The notes below the pieces were generated by a model that saw nothing but the letters and a program-made list of their open reading frames with translations, had not been told where the DNA came from and did not search any database. Position numbers and translations under genes: made by a program. DNA of 64,000 nucleotides, taken from positions 1-64,000 of IMG/VR virus record IMGVR_UViG_3300038361_000164; one strand, written 5' to 3'. Below are positions 28,843 through 38,927 of this stretch, one piece after another; position 1 is the stretch's first letter, and each line of letters opens with the position of its first letter.

Positions 28843-29813
28843 TACGACTGTAACCTCGCTAGATCGGAGTCTACCATTTTTATTACAAGTTCTTTAAAAC
28901 TAACTTTAGGAGACCATCCAAGTTCCTGTCTTGCAAAAGCAGAATCGCCTCTTAAAACATTTACTTCTGCAGGACGCATAAATCTTGGATCTTGTTTTAT
29001 ACAATGACGCCAGGTTTCATACCCAATGTGTGTAAACGCGACATCTAAGAAATCTTTAATTGAGTGGGATTTTCCAGTAGCTATTACAAAATCTGTAGGC
29101 TCCTTTTGCTGTAACATCGCCCACATTGCTTTTACATATTCAGGTGCATATCCCCAATCACGTCTAGCTTCAAGATTGCCTAAAGTTATGTGATTTTGAA
29201 TACCCAATCTTATCTTTGCAACACCGTCTGATATTTTTCTAGTAACAAATTCTAATCCACGTCTTTCTGATTCGTGATTAAATAAAATGCCACAACAGTT
29301 ATACATTCCATACGATTCTCTATAATTTACTGTAATATGATGACCGTAAAGTTTAGAAACCCCATAAGGCGATCTTGGACTAAAGGGAGTAGTTTCATCC
29401 ATTAACTCTGTTGTTTGGTTTCCAAACATTTCTGATGAGCTAGCTTGGTAAAACTTTATTTTTTTATTGGTATCAAACTCTCTAATCGCTTCCAACATTC
29501 TTAACACACCTAATCCTGTAACATCACTTGTCTGTTCTGGAGTGTTCCAGCTTTCACCAACAAAAGATTGAGAGGCTAAGTTGTATATTTCGTCGGGATC
29601 GCATACCTTTAAAGCTCTTAGGAGTGAATTTTGGTCTGTCAAATCACCTTGTATAAAAGTAATTTTTTCTTCCAAATGTGCGGTATTTGTTCTATTTTTT
29701 GTGGAAGCTCTACGTTCTAAACCAAAAACTTCATAATTTTTGGTTAATAAAAAATCAGCTAAATGGCTTCCATCCATTCCATTTATGCCTGTAATTAAAG
29801 CACGTTTACTCAT
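28842..29813 (-). CDS. gmd: GDP-mannose 4,6-dehydratase
   Basis: ALITGINGMDGSHLA, GDLTD, EIYNLASQS, FYQASSSEMFG, SPYGVSKL, NHESERRG, RDWGYA. Confidence 0.95.
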   Translation of the reverse strand: MSKRALITGINGMDGSHLADFLLTKNYEVFGLERRASTKNRTNTAHLEEKITFIQGDLTDQNSLLRALKVCDPDEIYNLASQSFVGESWNTPEQTSDVTGLGVLRMLEAIREFDTNKKIKFYQASSSEMFGNQTTELMDETTPFSPRSPYGVSKLYGHHITVNYRESYGMYNCCGILFNHESERRGLEFVTRKISDGVAKIRLGIQNHITLGNLEARRDWGYAPEYVKAMWAMLQQKEPTDFVIATGKSHSIKDFLDVAFTHIGYETWRHCIKQDPRFMRPAEVNVLRGDSAFARQELGWSPKVSFKELVIKMVDSDLARLQS

Positions 29814-31428
29814 TCGTATTGTTGGTTAAGGCTACCCATTGTTCTTTAATGGAATCAATGTGTACTTGTTGTTTAATAATTTCTTTGCCCAATAAAGCTT
29901 GAGCCTTATAATAAGCATAATTTTCTTTTAATTCAAGCAATTGTTTAGCTGCATGTGCCACATCCGGTTCGTACTGTTCTCCAACTTTAATTTCTCTCGT
30001 AATATTGCCAGAGTATCTAGCTGTCGAAGCTTCATGGCTGTTAACCCATAAAATACCTGGAACATCTATTAAATCAAGATGTGCTGTGTTTCTACTCAAT
30101 ATTACAGGTATTCCGCAAAGCAAAGCTTGTCTTGGTGTGACACTATATCCTTCCCCTGCGGAGATAAATATATAAGCACTTAAATTTTTCCACCAAGCTA
30201 AATAGTCTTCAAAAATGAGAGTTTCATTTTGAAAACTAATATTTTTTGAATCTAGAGCAAGTATGCTTTCTAAATGTTCTACCATTTCTGGAGTGTTAAC
30301 AAAATCCCTGGAGTGTATAGCAAGAAAATCATTTTCGCTTTTCATTACATTAAAGCTCTCAATAATTTTATCTACTTTTTTACGTTCCCATAGTCCGCCA
30401 GAATAACCAAAAGTTATTTTGTCCGTAGGTGGGTTATTTTCTAAAATTGAATAGTGTGCTATGTGCTCTAACTTGTCGATAGTGGCTTTTGGATATTCTT
30501 TTTGTAAATGTTCATGTAGCCAACTATTAGTTATAACTGTATGGTCGAACATTTCAATCAATGGTTGCAATAAATCAACTCCAGTACTTTCCCACATAAG
30601 GTAAAAATAGGATTCTATGTTATATTTGTTTTTTAAATCTTCAAGCACACGTCTTGTATGCGTAAATATGTTTTCTGCAATGTCTATGCCGGAAACATGT
30701 ATAAATTTAGCATTTTTGTATTTCTCAGGATTTTCTGCATGTGCATTTTCTAAAGTCAAATATAACTTTAACCATTCAAAATCTTTGATATGTCTGTTTA
30801 AATTCTCTTGGGAAAAATCATCTATAGTTTGTAGAAATCTGAAATGCTGTCCAATACGATCATATGCTCTGTAAAATGACACGTTTTTAAAATTACGAAA
30901 AACGTTATCATATAAATTAAACATATGTGCTCCCAGACCATCTTCTCTTAAATAAAAACCATACATAATAATTGGAGTATCCAACCCGTCCTTAACAGGC
31001 AATAGGTGGTCGATATTAATATTTTTAATATGTTCCATTATATCCAATTCACAGGTTTTAACTTCAAATCCTTTTATCTTTAGTTGTTCAAATTTAGAGG
31101 GAGTTTCTTCAAGTGCAGCCATTAATCCTTGAGGTTTTACCAAATCTTTAGGATATCTTGGGGAAATAACGGCATGGACAATTCCATGAAATTGTGTTTC
31201 TTCGTATAAAGAAGTCACAGTTGTAAATTCTAGTTCAGTTTTATTAGCTGATAAAAAAATTTCTGTGGTTATGGGGGAAATAATGCGGTTGCCCCAAACT
31301 AATGTTAGAGTAGTGTTTATATCGTATGGAGTGTTATATGTGACCCTTACTTTATATATGCCGCTTGAGTTAACGTTTTTAACGTCGTGTAGTGTAACAA
31401 TTTTTTGTTGTGGGGTTTCTCTTATCAT
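29806..31428 (-). CDS. GT4-like glycosyltransferase with N-terminal extension (540 aa)
   Basis: FGYSGGLWERKKVD and FISAGEGYSVTPRQALLCGIPVILS. Confidence 0.8.
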   Translation of the reverse strand: MIRETPQQKIVTLHDVKNVNSSGIYKVRVTYNTPYDINTTLTLVWGNRIISPITTEIFLSANKTELEFTTVTSLYEETQFHGIVHAVISPRYPKDLVKPQGLMAALEETPSKFEQLKIKGFEVKTCELDIMEHIKNINIDHLLPVKDGLDTPIIMYGFYLREDGLGAHMFNLYDNVFRNFKNVSFYRAYDRIGQHFRFLQTIDDFSQENLNRHIKDFEWLKLYLTLENAHAENPEKYKNAKFIHVSGIDIAENIFTHTRRVLEDLKNKYNIESYFYLMWESTGVDLLQPLIEMFDHTVITNSWLHEHLQKEYPKATIDKLEHIAHYSILENNPPTDKITFGYSGGLWERKKVDKIIESFNVMKSENDFLAIHSRDFVNTPEMVEHLESILALDSKNISFQNETLIFEDYLAWWKNLSAYIFISAGEGYSVTPRQALLCGIPVILSRNTAHLDLIDVPGILWVNSHEASTARYSGNITREIKVGEQYEPDVAHAAKQLLELKENYAYYKAQALLGKEIIKQQVHIDSIKEQWVALTNNTNE

Positions 31429-31449
31429 AATAAATTAATGTTTAAAGTT

Positions 31450-31474
31450 AGAGGAGAGCACAAGGCTCCCCTCT
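31450..31474 (-). terminator. Hairpin (possible terminator) between the replication block and the glycan cluster
   Basis: Minus strand AGAGGGGAGC-cttgt-GCTCTCCTCT, a 10-bp stem with one G.U pair. The U tail is weak. Confidence 0.55.
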
Positions 31475-31489
31475 TAACGTGTTTAAATA

Positions 31490-31954
31490 TTATTCAAACA
31501 ATGCTTGTTTGCCTCCAGACGCAACTTGCGTCTCGCCAACATCAGCACCACCGCTAGCACCACCTTCTATAGCTTTCCATTTCGCTATTGAAGTTTGTGG
31601 TTTGCCGTTAGTTCCTTTCGCTGTTTCTGCCCATGCTGAAACTGTTTTGCCCTTTATGTCCTTAGCAATCATCTCTGGAGTTACGTCTTCGCTGTTTATT
31701 AACTCGCTTCCGCAAGCGCTTAAAAACGAAACTAAAAATCCCGCTGATGCATCCGTCATAACAAAGTTATTCCAGATCTTTCGACCGGAAAACTTACCTG
31801 ATATAATATCAAAGGTTGTGGCAACCATTACATTACCGGTAGATGCTGTTTTGATTTTTGTTTCGCTAACTTTTAATTCGTAACGAGCATCTGGAATAGG
31901 CGCGTATTCGCCTGTTTTCATATTTGCTTTCTTATCTTTTAAGTTTAAACCCAT
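31490..31954 (-). CDS. DUF669-type ssDNA-binding protein
   Basis: YAPIPDARY, GKFSGRKIWNNF, flexible Gly/acidic tail. Adjacent to the AAA_24 gene. Confidence 0.8.
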   Translation of the reverse strand: MGLNLKDKKANMKTGEYAPIPDARYELKVSETKIKTASTGNVMVATTFDIISGKFSGRKIWNNFVMTDASAGFLVSFLSACGSELINSEDVTPEMIAKDIKGKTVSAWAETAKGTNGKPQTSIAKWKAIEGGASGGADVGETQVASGGKQALFE

Positions 31955-31958
31955 GTTT

Positions 31959-32897
31959 TTATTTGGTTTCTGGTTTTAGTTCTTCTTTTAAATCTTTAAT
32001 GAATAAATCGGCTTCGTCTTTTCTTAGATCGAGCATACTCTCGATAGAGTAGTCCTCTACTAATTTTACCGATAAAATCTGACTATCACACTGTGCTGCA
32101 AGCTCACTAAGTTCACTTAGTTGTTCTGACGTGATGCCAGCTGTTACAAGTTCATTATCATTTAGCACAGCTTTAACAGTTCTTTCTCTCATTTCATTAA
32201 GAGCTTCTCTTTGTGTAATAACAACTGGAGCTCGTTCCAATCCTTCTATGCCGATAGCATTTGTAAGAATTTTGTAGGTGAAAGGAAAATCTTTATCTTT
32301 TGGTAATCTGTTAGTTCTGTCTTTTTTAATGCGAGCCATTCTGTTACCTTCTTTTGTAACATACAACTCTAACACTATATCAAACATATGTGGAAGTTTT
32401 TTAGGACCATCGGGTTTGGTTCCGATAGGTTTCATAAATTCAGCCTGATCGTATTCAACTTTTAATCCTTCAGTTACTATAATGTTCATATCTAAAGCTA
32501 ATAGCTTTCTTACCAACATTTGAGTTTCGGATTTGAAGTGCTTATAATCTTTCGGTTGAATTTCGTATTCTTCTACACCTAACATTGCTTTTTTACGTTT
32601 AACATAATTAGCTTCAATTTCATTATAAATGTTATTAAACGGATCAACTATAATTGTTTTAAAATCTTGAGGATCTTCGAGTAATTCTTCAATACCTGCC
32701 ATAACTTTTTTCGGATCGCAAGTATTCATTCTATGGAAATCAAATACTTCTCCATAATGATCTGTACCTTTTTCAGTATCTATCATTACAGGGTTAGGAA
32801 AATGAAGACTGGTAATTGTTTTGCCAGTTCCCGCTTCTCCATAAATATACATTTTTAGTCTTTCGGCCTTTTTCTCTGCTTTTTTAAATAAGCTCAT
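31959..32897 (-). CDS. AAA_24/Sak4-like ATPase (ssDNA annealing)
   Basis: MYIYGEAGTGKT, IDTEKG, TIIVD, DMNII, HMFDIVL. ATG 32897 preferred as start. Confidence 0.85.
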   Translation of the reverse strand: MSLFKKAEKKAERLKMYIYGEAGTGKTITSLHFPNPVMIDTEKGTDHYGEVFDFHRMNTCDPKKVMAGIEELLEDPQDFKTIIVDPFNNIYNEIEANYVKRKKAMLGVEEYEIQPKDYKHFKSETQMLVRKLLALDMNIIVTEGLKVEYDQAEFMKPIGTKPDGPKKLPHMFDIVLELYVTKEGNRMARIKKDRTNRLPKDKDFPFTYKILTNAIGIEGLERAPVVITQREALNEMRERTVKAVLNDNELVTAGITSEQLSELSELAAQCDSQILSVKLVEDYSIESMLDLRKDEADLFIKDLKEELKPETK

Positions 32898-32898
32898 T

Positions 32899-33567
32899 TT
32901 AATATTTGGTTTTAGGCATATATTGTCTTTGTAAATCAAAAAGCTGATAAGTCGTTCTAGTATCAGCAGAACAGTAGTCAGCGATTCCTTGGATGTTTCC
33001 ATCTTTAAATGCTTGTTCTACATTTTCTGCTTTTATCTCACCCTCTTTAGGGGAAGGTATTCCCATCACTTCACAAGCGAGTCGTAGAGATACCATTTTA
33101 AACTTGTCCCAATCAGCTAACAACATGGCAACATCGTGATGCGGCCAGGCTGAAAATCTTTTTGTATTTAGAAAATTAGTGTTCGTAGGTTTTATTGTAT
33201 TAATCATCGAACGTACTTTAATAAATGGAACATCAAATCCTAAACCATTGTAACTTATATAAGTTCCATTAAACTTAGATATAATGCTCCAAAATTTGTC
33301 TAGAATTTGTGTCTCAGTGCCCACTAAAGCGGTTTCACCTTCTTGCATTTTTCCTGAGGTATTATTTTTGCGGTACATTCCTATACAAACAATCTCACCA
33401 AAGTAGGGATTAGTACCCATAGTCTTTCTTCTGAGCTCGTCTAATTCCTTTGGAGTGGTCGTCGAAGCGATGCGCCATTGCATCTTTTTTTCCAACTCCT
33501 CTTCCTGTATAATTGACAGGGGAGCTTGTTGCGGAATTGTTTCTATGTCGAAACAAATATGATCCAT
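32899..33567 (-). CDS. Stand-alone PolB-like 3'-5' exonuclease
   Basis: FDIETIP, SYNGLGFDVPFI, HHDV, YCSAD. Confidence 0.88.
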   Translation of the reverse strand: MDHICFDIETIPQQAPLSIIQEEELEKKMQWRIASTTTPKELDELRRKTMGTNPYFGEIVCIGMYRKNNTSGKMQEGETALVGTETQILDKFWSIISKFNGTYISYNGLGFDVPFIKVRSMINTIKPTNTNFLNTKRFSAWPHHDVAMLLADWDKFKMVSLRLACEVMGIPSPKEGEIKAENVEQAFKDGNIQGIADYCSADTRTTYQLFDLQRQYMPKTKY

Positions 33568-33578
33568 ATTATTTTTGG

Positions 33579-34328
33579 TTATAGTGTCAAATAATTCTTT
33601 TGCGGAGCGATGTGCAATTTATCCAGATATGATGGAAAATACTCCCTAAATAAGGAATTTACCAATTCTGGAGAATTAGTGTTTTCGGACAGATGTCCGA
33701 CAGTTACCCACTTAAGCTCGTCTAAGTTTAAACTATTTAAAAATTCCATAGTTTGTGTGTTACTTAGATGCCCAAAAGGGCTCGCAATTCGCTCCTTAAG
33801 TAGGACAGTGTAGTCTTCATGTTTCCATAGTAGTTCTTCTGAGTAATCGGCTTCAATAAAATAGGCGTCACATCCAGCGACACACACTTGCATTAACTTA
33901 CTAATGCTTCCGGTGTCTGTTATATACGCAAATCTCTTATCACCCTCTTTAATTATAAATCCAACACTTGCTTTAGAATCATGTTGTGTGCTAAAAGCGG
34001 TGATTGTTAAATCGCCTACAATAACTTGTTCCCCTCCCTCTATGTGAGAAAGAATGGCACATTTTTTAAATATTGTAGGTTTAACGAGATAAGATTGCTT
34101 CGGCATGAACACTGCACATTGTGATTTTCTGGCAAGTATCCCTGCCCCTGTCACGTGATCACCGTGTTCATGTGTAATAAATAACGCTTTCGGAACGAGT
34201 GCTTCGCCGTATGCTTCTACTATTTTTTTATAACTGACTCCAGCATCTATTGTGATAACAGTTCCAGTGTCAGATTCTATTACAGTACAATTACCCTTAC
34301 TACTGCTGTATAAGAAATTGATTTTCAT
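33579..34328 (-). CDS. Metallo-beta-lactamase fold hydrolase (YycJ/WalJ-like nuclease)
   Basis: SSSKGNCT, IDAG, FITHEHGDHV, HD, TDTG, GHLSN, GHLSENTN. ATG 34328 overlaps the upstream TAA. Confidence 0.9.
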   Translation of the reverse strand: MKINFLYSSSKGNCTVIESDTGTVITIDAGVSYKKIVEAYGEALVPKALFITHEHGDHVTGAGILARKSQCAVFMPKQSYLVKPTIFKKCAILSHIEGGEQVIVGDLTITAFSTQHDSKASVGFIIKEGDKRFAYITDTGSISKLMQVCVAGCDAYFIEADYSEELLWKHEDYTVLLKERIASPFGHLSNTQTMEFLNSLNLDELKWVTVGHLSENTNSPELVNSLFREYFPSYLDKLHIAPQKNYLTL

Positions 34329-37084
34329 TATGTTAGTAATTCTGGTTTTAAGGTAAAGCACCTCACACTCTTCCCATTCATAGTGCGTACTTTATTTGCG
34401 TCGTAAATTAGCTTAGCTTCAAACATCTCAGCTAATATAGCTTTAGGTGTATGTGCTAAAGGTTCTTCAGATTGTCGTAAAAACTTATTAACTTCGTTAA
34501 ACAGTAATCCACTAACAAAATGTGGAGTATTAAAATCTTTTGATTCATTTTTAGTCCAAAAACCTACCACAGGCGTACGGTTATCTTTTTCAACATCGTT
34601 CTGTGCATTGGTTTGTAATCTAATTCGATCACTTGCCATTAGTTCTCTAATTACGCTAAGTAGACGTTCGGAAGATAGCTCGCTTGCAGCTTCTTCTACA
34701 ATGCTTACTATTTTTTCTTTAAATAGTTCTTTAAATTTGTCTTGGTTGACTTTAGCTTCTCTAGTAGACCATAATTCATCACTAATAAATTTATAACTAG
34801 TGTATAATAGGGCTACGTTTCTGGCTACTCGTATGTCATTAGGTTGTCCTTCAATAAGTTTGTAAAACTCATCAAGTGCATCATAATATATTTTTTCAAT
34901 TCTAGCGACAGGAGTGTTAAAAATTCTGTGTATGAATCTTGCAGTTACTCCTGAATATAGCTTCTTAAACTTTTGAACTTTTTGCCCTCTCGCTATCTCT
35001 CGTTTAGGAGAGTTGTAGTTTAAAGATACTAAGCGCGCTAAGTTAGAAGCCTCTCCGTACGGAGTATCCTCTCCTGTCACAGATAACCAGCCTCGAATTA
35101 TGTAAGTAGTACCCACATTTTGATTTCGATTCATTCTAGATCGAGCAGTGTTATCTGCAAAGTTCTGCAACATAGTTAATGCGGAAGTGTACGCACTTGG
35201 TGAAGTGAATACGCTCTTTTTAAAATCATCGACTAAGTACATAGCATCTTTATAGTAATAACCTATTTTTCCTAAACTGTTTGGAGTTGAGGACCATGTA
35301 GGTACGTTTTTAAAGATTCCATAAAAGTGTTGAAATGCTCCCATTAAATAAGATTTACCTCTACCGGTTTCTCCTCTTACAAATAAAAGGAATCTGGAGA
35401 AATCTCCAGCTTCTTTTAAGAAAGGAAAAACAATAGGCATAAATGTATAAGCTAACGCACCATGCGCTATTTCGAAATCAGCGAGATTTAATAAGTCATC
35501 TCTCATGTGTTTTTTTACAGTGGAAAATTGCGTATCTGTTAAGATTTGTAAATCTAAAGATTCAGCAAACTGCTCCCCATCAAGGCTCACAATTACATCA
35601 TTATTTGGTTTAACACCTTCAGCTGTAACTATAACAGATGGCGTTCTATACGCAGTAGGATATTGTTTACTATCGATGTCTGTGTCAAACCCAAACGATT
35701 TTAAAATGGTTATCGCTTTGGTATTTGAATACTTTTGAATTCCACATTGAATTGCTGCAATATCTAAAGCCAGCAAACTGTCTGGCGGTATTGTTTTCAA
35801 TACAGCTGCTTTAAATCTTTCTGTCGATGCATAATCTTCAGCCGCAATTTCAAAGGGTTCTATTTTATTTTGCTGTGTTTTAATCTCTCCGTAAAAGGTA
35901 ACCGTAGTGTCCATTCCATCAACAATAGTTCTAACTTCATCTAAGTCGATTGTGAAGTTTGATAGTTGTTTAATAGCAGGAGGCTCTCCTACTACTCTTG
36001 ATGGTATTCTTTCAAAGTAAGCATTATTAGCTTTAAAAATAAAGTCTAATTTATTAATAACCGCACCTTCAACATCGGTTTGTGTTTTAGTCTCGGAAAC
36101 AGCCCACTTATAAAAAGCTATTGGGCTTTTGGCAGCTCCTATAGCACTGCAACGACCTGGACATATATTTCCATACTTCGCATCTTGCAAAGATTCACAA
36201 AGAATTGGCAAATATCCAGTTTCTTGCGCCTCACCCCTTATTTTGTTTTTCATAATGGTAAGGTGTCTTCTAGTTTTCTTATCATCATAATTTTCTAATT
36301 TACTAAAAAATTCCTGAATCAAATACTCTTCTGCCTCGTCACCTGCGTTTAAAAACAGATAGGCTACAACTTCTCTAAAGAAATTTGGAGCTTCTCTATT
36401 CTTTAAACAAAGATCCCAGGTATTTTTTATTGCGGAACATCTATTTAAAATATTTAAATAAGGACGTTCCTTCTTAACGAAGAAATTAGCATTAGCATAC
36501 TTTATAGTATCTAAAGTTATTTCATCTAAGAATTTACTATACTTTTTAGATTTATGGTGGAACCCGTTTGGCCCCTTTACAAGATTTCCGAAGTCATCTT
36601 CTGATACTGCACTTTGTTTTGGAAAAAGCTCCCAATCAATATCTTCATCAACTTTTTCCATTGAATTAAATAATTGATTCATACCTGTTTTAACAATATC
36701 TGCTTTTACAGGTATATCGAAGAATACCCAAATATGGTAACCTTTATTTCCAGAATGCTCAATATAGCTTGGTATGTTTTTTTCTGTAAACAATCTTTTA
36801 ACTCGTTCAGCCTGTTCAAAAAGTCTTGATTCCCAGTCTTCTACGTTAAAATCTTTTTTAGACCATATTCGTTTATTTACATCTATATCAACTACTGCCC
36901 ATTTTATTGTATTTTCAATTGGCAGCAATTGATATAAACCAATTGTTTGTTGTCCCTTTAAGTGCGCCTGTATTACCTCGTCGTCTATTGGTTCTAGCAT
37001 CTTATGATACGCACCGCTTGGAGCTTGAATAGTATATACGTCGCTTCTATGGACAAATAGTTTTTTTACTGTTTGTACATCCAT
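34328..37084 (-). CDS. AEP-type primase fused to a P-loop (SF3/DUF927-like) helicase
   Basis: IGLYQL, WAVVDID, HSGNKGYHIWVFF, ELFPKQ, GNLVKGP, a Cys cluster, Walker A GETGRGKS, Walker B YLVDDF. Confidence 0.85.
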   Translation of the reverse strand: MDVQTVKKLFVHRSDVYTIQAPSGAYHKMLEPIDDEVIQAHLKGQQTIGLYQLLPIENTIKWAVVDIDVNKRIWSKKDFNVEDWESRLFEQAERVKRLFTEKNIPSYIEHSGNKGYHIWVFFDIPVKADIVKTGMNQLFNSMEKVDEDIDWELFPKQSAVSEDDFGNLVKGPNGFHHKSKKYSKFLDEITLDTIKYANANFFVKKERPYLNILNRCSAIKNTWDLCLKNREAPNFFREVVAYLFLNAGDEAEEYLIQEFFSKLENYDDKKTRRHLTIMKNKIRGEAQETGYLPILCESLQDAKYGNICPGRCSAIGAAKSPIAFYKWAVSETKTQTDVEGAVINKLDFIFKANNAYFERIPSRVVGEPPAIKQLSNFTIDLDEVRTIVDGMDTTVTFYGEIKTQQNKIEPFEIAAEDYASTERFKAAVLKTIPPDSLLALDIAAIQCGIQKYSNTKAITILKSFGFDTDIDSKQYPTAYRTPSVIVTAEGVKPNNDVIVSLDGEQFAESLDLQILTDTQFSTVKKHMRDDLLNLADFEIAHGALAYTFMPIVFPFLKEAGDFSRFLLFVRGETGRGKSYLMGAFQHFYGIFKNVPTWSSTPNSLGKIGYYYKDAMYLVDDFKKSVFTSPSAYTSALTMLQNFADNTARSRMNRNQNVGTTYIIRGWLSVTGEDTPYGEASNLARLVSLNYNSPKREIARGQKVQKFKKLYSGVTARFIHRIFNTPVARIEKIYYDALDEFYKLIEGQPNDIRVARNVALLYTSYKFISDELWSTREAKVNQDKFKELFKEKIVSIVEEAASELSSERLLSVIRELMASDRIRLQTNAQNDVEKDNRTPVVGFWTKNESKDFNTPHFVSGLLFNEVNKFLRQSEEPLAHTPKAILAEMFEAKLIYDANKVRTMNGKSVRCFTLKPELLT

Positions 37085-37092
37085 GTGTAGTT

Positions 37093-38580
37093 TTATTTGG
37101 ATAAATATTTTTTATTACATAAAAAGTTGCAAAAAATTCCACAACTTAAATTGTTTTGGTTATTTAAATCAGCAGAGTCTGTCATAACGGCAGACCACGT
37201 GTCGAAAAGATGGCTTTTACCGAGAGGGCACTCAATTTTAGCAACCTTATGTAGAGCTCTTTTGAGATTAGAAACTCTGTTTTCCAATCGCCCTATTTGC
37301 ACCTTTAATTTTAAGAAATTTTTGGCAGAAGTCAAGGTCTCAGATGATAAATCTCCATATTTTTTTGCCAAAATTTGTGTGATATTATAATCATTTAGTT
37401 CTAGTTTAAAGTTATCTGGAGCATAATTAGAGAGTTGTTTGTTTACACGATCTCTTAAAAGGTGAACTCTTTTCATGGAAATATTTTTTCTACCGCTACC
37501 CTTTCGATCTGCAATGCGCAAATCTAATAAGTTGTGTACATTTTTACTGCCAATTTTGGCAATAAACTTTTTCACAGAAGCGGTTGAGGAAATCTTTCTT
37601 GAATCAAATAAATGATTTTTCACTAACGATATTACTGTGTTACTTATATCTTTTGAAAAGCCCCATCTGTATAGGATTCTTTCAGTTAACAATGCTCCTA
37701 CGTTTTCATGATTATAGAAATGCTGCCCAGTTTCAGTTACTACCGATGTGTGGGGTTTGCCTATGTCATGCAGAAGCCCTGCTAAGCGTATCAATACTGT
37801 GTTATTTTTTCCAATAGGAACACAGTCAAGTGTTAGCATAATGTGATCGTATAAGGTCATACCCTTACTTTTGTTGGACTGTTCTAAGGAACGTGTTTTT
37901 AAAAGTTCTGGAAATAACTCTTCCAATAGTTTAAAGTTCAGTAACATATCAAAACAACGACTCGGTTTAACACAACGTGTAAGTAGTTTTTTCAACTCTG
38001 TTGCAATTTGGCGAGTATGTGCGCTAACAATTTTTAAGCGATTATGGCTCAATATTTGAAGGGTGGCGGAATTTACTCTCCAGTCAGGTCCTAATATAGC
38101 TGCTAGAATGGGTGCGCGTATCAATCGTATTTTAGATTCCATTATGCGCTCATTTCCATCTCCAACAAATCTAATTATTTTGTTTTTCAAATCTTTTTGA
38201 CCGTCATGAAAATCTATTACAGCATCCTTTTGGACATCGTAATACATAGCATTAACAGTAAAATCTCTAGAATTCGAATCTTCCAATAATGAATCTGTAA
38301 AAGTTTGACTATAGTAGGTATTGTTTAGTGTGACCTTTTTCAAGGGATATAGATTAACTATATTTTTTCCTAAACGAATAGTTATAGAAGTGTTATAAGG
38401 ATTAATACTTATAATAATATTTTTCAGCTTTTTCTGCAATACTTCCATAGTAGCTGAAACTACAAAATCTAACCCATAAGGAGTCTTCTTTAGTAAAAGA
38501 TCCCTAACAGTTCCCCCGCAAGCATATACTTTCAGATCGTATGCTTCCAAGTTTTTCGCAATGTGTTTTAAAGTGTCCAT
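37093..38580 (-). CDS. cca: tRNA nucleotidyltransferase (CCA-adding/poly(A) polymerase family) with HD domain
   Basis: YACGGTVRDLL, DSNSRDFTVNAM, IRFVG, RLIR, LLHDIGKP, FYNHENVG, LRIADRKG. Confidence 0.88.
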   Translation of the reverse strand: MDTLKHIAKNLEAYDLKVYACGGTVRDLLLKKTPYGLDFVVSATMEVLQKKLKNIIISINPYNTSITIRLGKNIVNLYPLKKVTLNNTYYSQTFTDSLLEDSNSRDFTVNAMYYDVQKDAVIDFHDGQKDLKNKIIRFVGDGNERIMESKIRLIRAPILAAILGPDWRVNSATLQILSHNRLKIVSAHTRQIATELKKLLTRCVKPSRCFDMLLNFKLLEELFPELLKTRSLEQSNKSKGMTLYDHIMLTLDCVPIGKNNTVLIRLAGLLHDIGKPHTSVVTETGQHFYNHENVGALLTERILYRWGFSKDISNTVISLVKNHLFDSRKISSTASVKKFIAKIGSKNVHNLLDLRIADRKGSGRKNISMKRVHLLRDRVNKQLSNYAPDNFKLELNDYNITQILAKKYGDLSSETLTSAKNFLKLKVQIGRLENRVSNLKRALHKVAKIECPLGKSHLFDTWSAVMTDSADLNNQNNLSCGIFCNFLCNKKYLSK

Positions 38581-38582
38581 AA

Positions 38583-38927
38583 TTATTCAAGTGGTAATTT
38601 GTCAATTCCAAAAGCTTTGCCCATCCAAGTTGCAACTAGTCCAAGACTAAAGTATGGGTTTCGTATTTTATGCTCATCACATTTCGTTGTGACATGCACT
38701 TTGGGCCAATGCTCTTCAGCGTATTCCGCCATTACTTTATTGTGTACTCCTTTGGGACCTTTAGAACCATTTCGTCTACAATATCCTCTACGCTCTTTCT
38801 GTCTAGCGTAAAAAAAATGTTTACAGTTTCCGCAACATTCCATTATCTGTAGTCCGGGAAATTGCTCTGTAATTACTCCCGGACTATTTTCGACCTCATC
38901 GAAGTCGTAGTTTATTTTATCGGCCAT
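38583..38927 (-). CDS. Cys-rich hypothetical protein (CCGNCKHF...GYC...CDEH)
   Basis: Putative Zn-binding residues; translationally coupled ORF. Confidence 0.7.
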   Translation of the reverse strand: MADKINYDFDEVENSPGVITEQFPGLQIMECCGNCKHFFYARQKERRGYCRRNGSKGPKGVHNKVMAEYAEEHWPKVHVTTKCDEHKIRNPYFSLGLVATWMGKAFGIDKLPLE

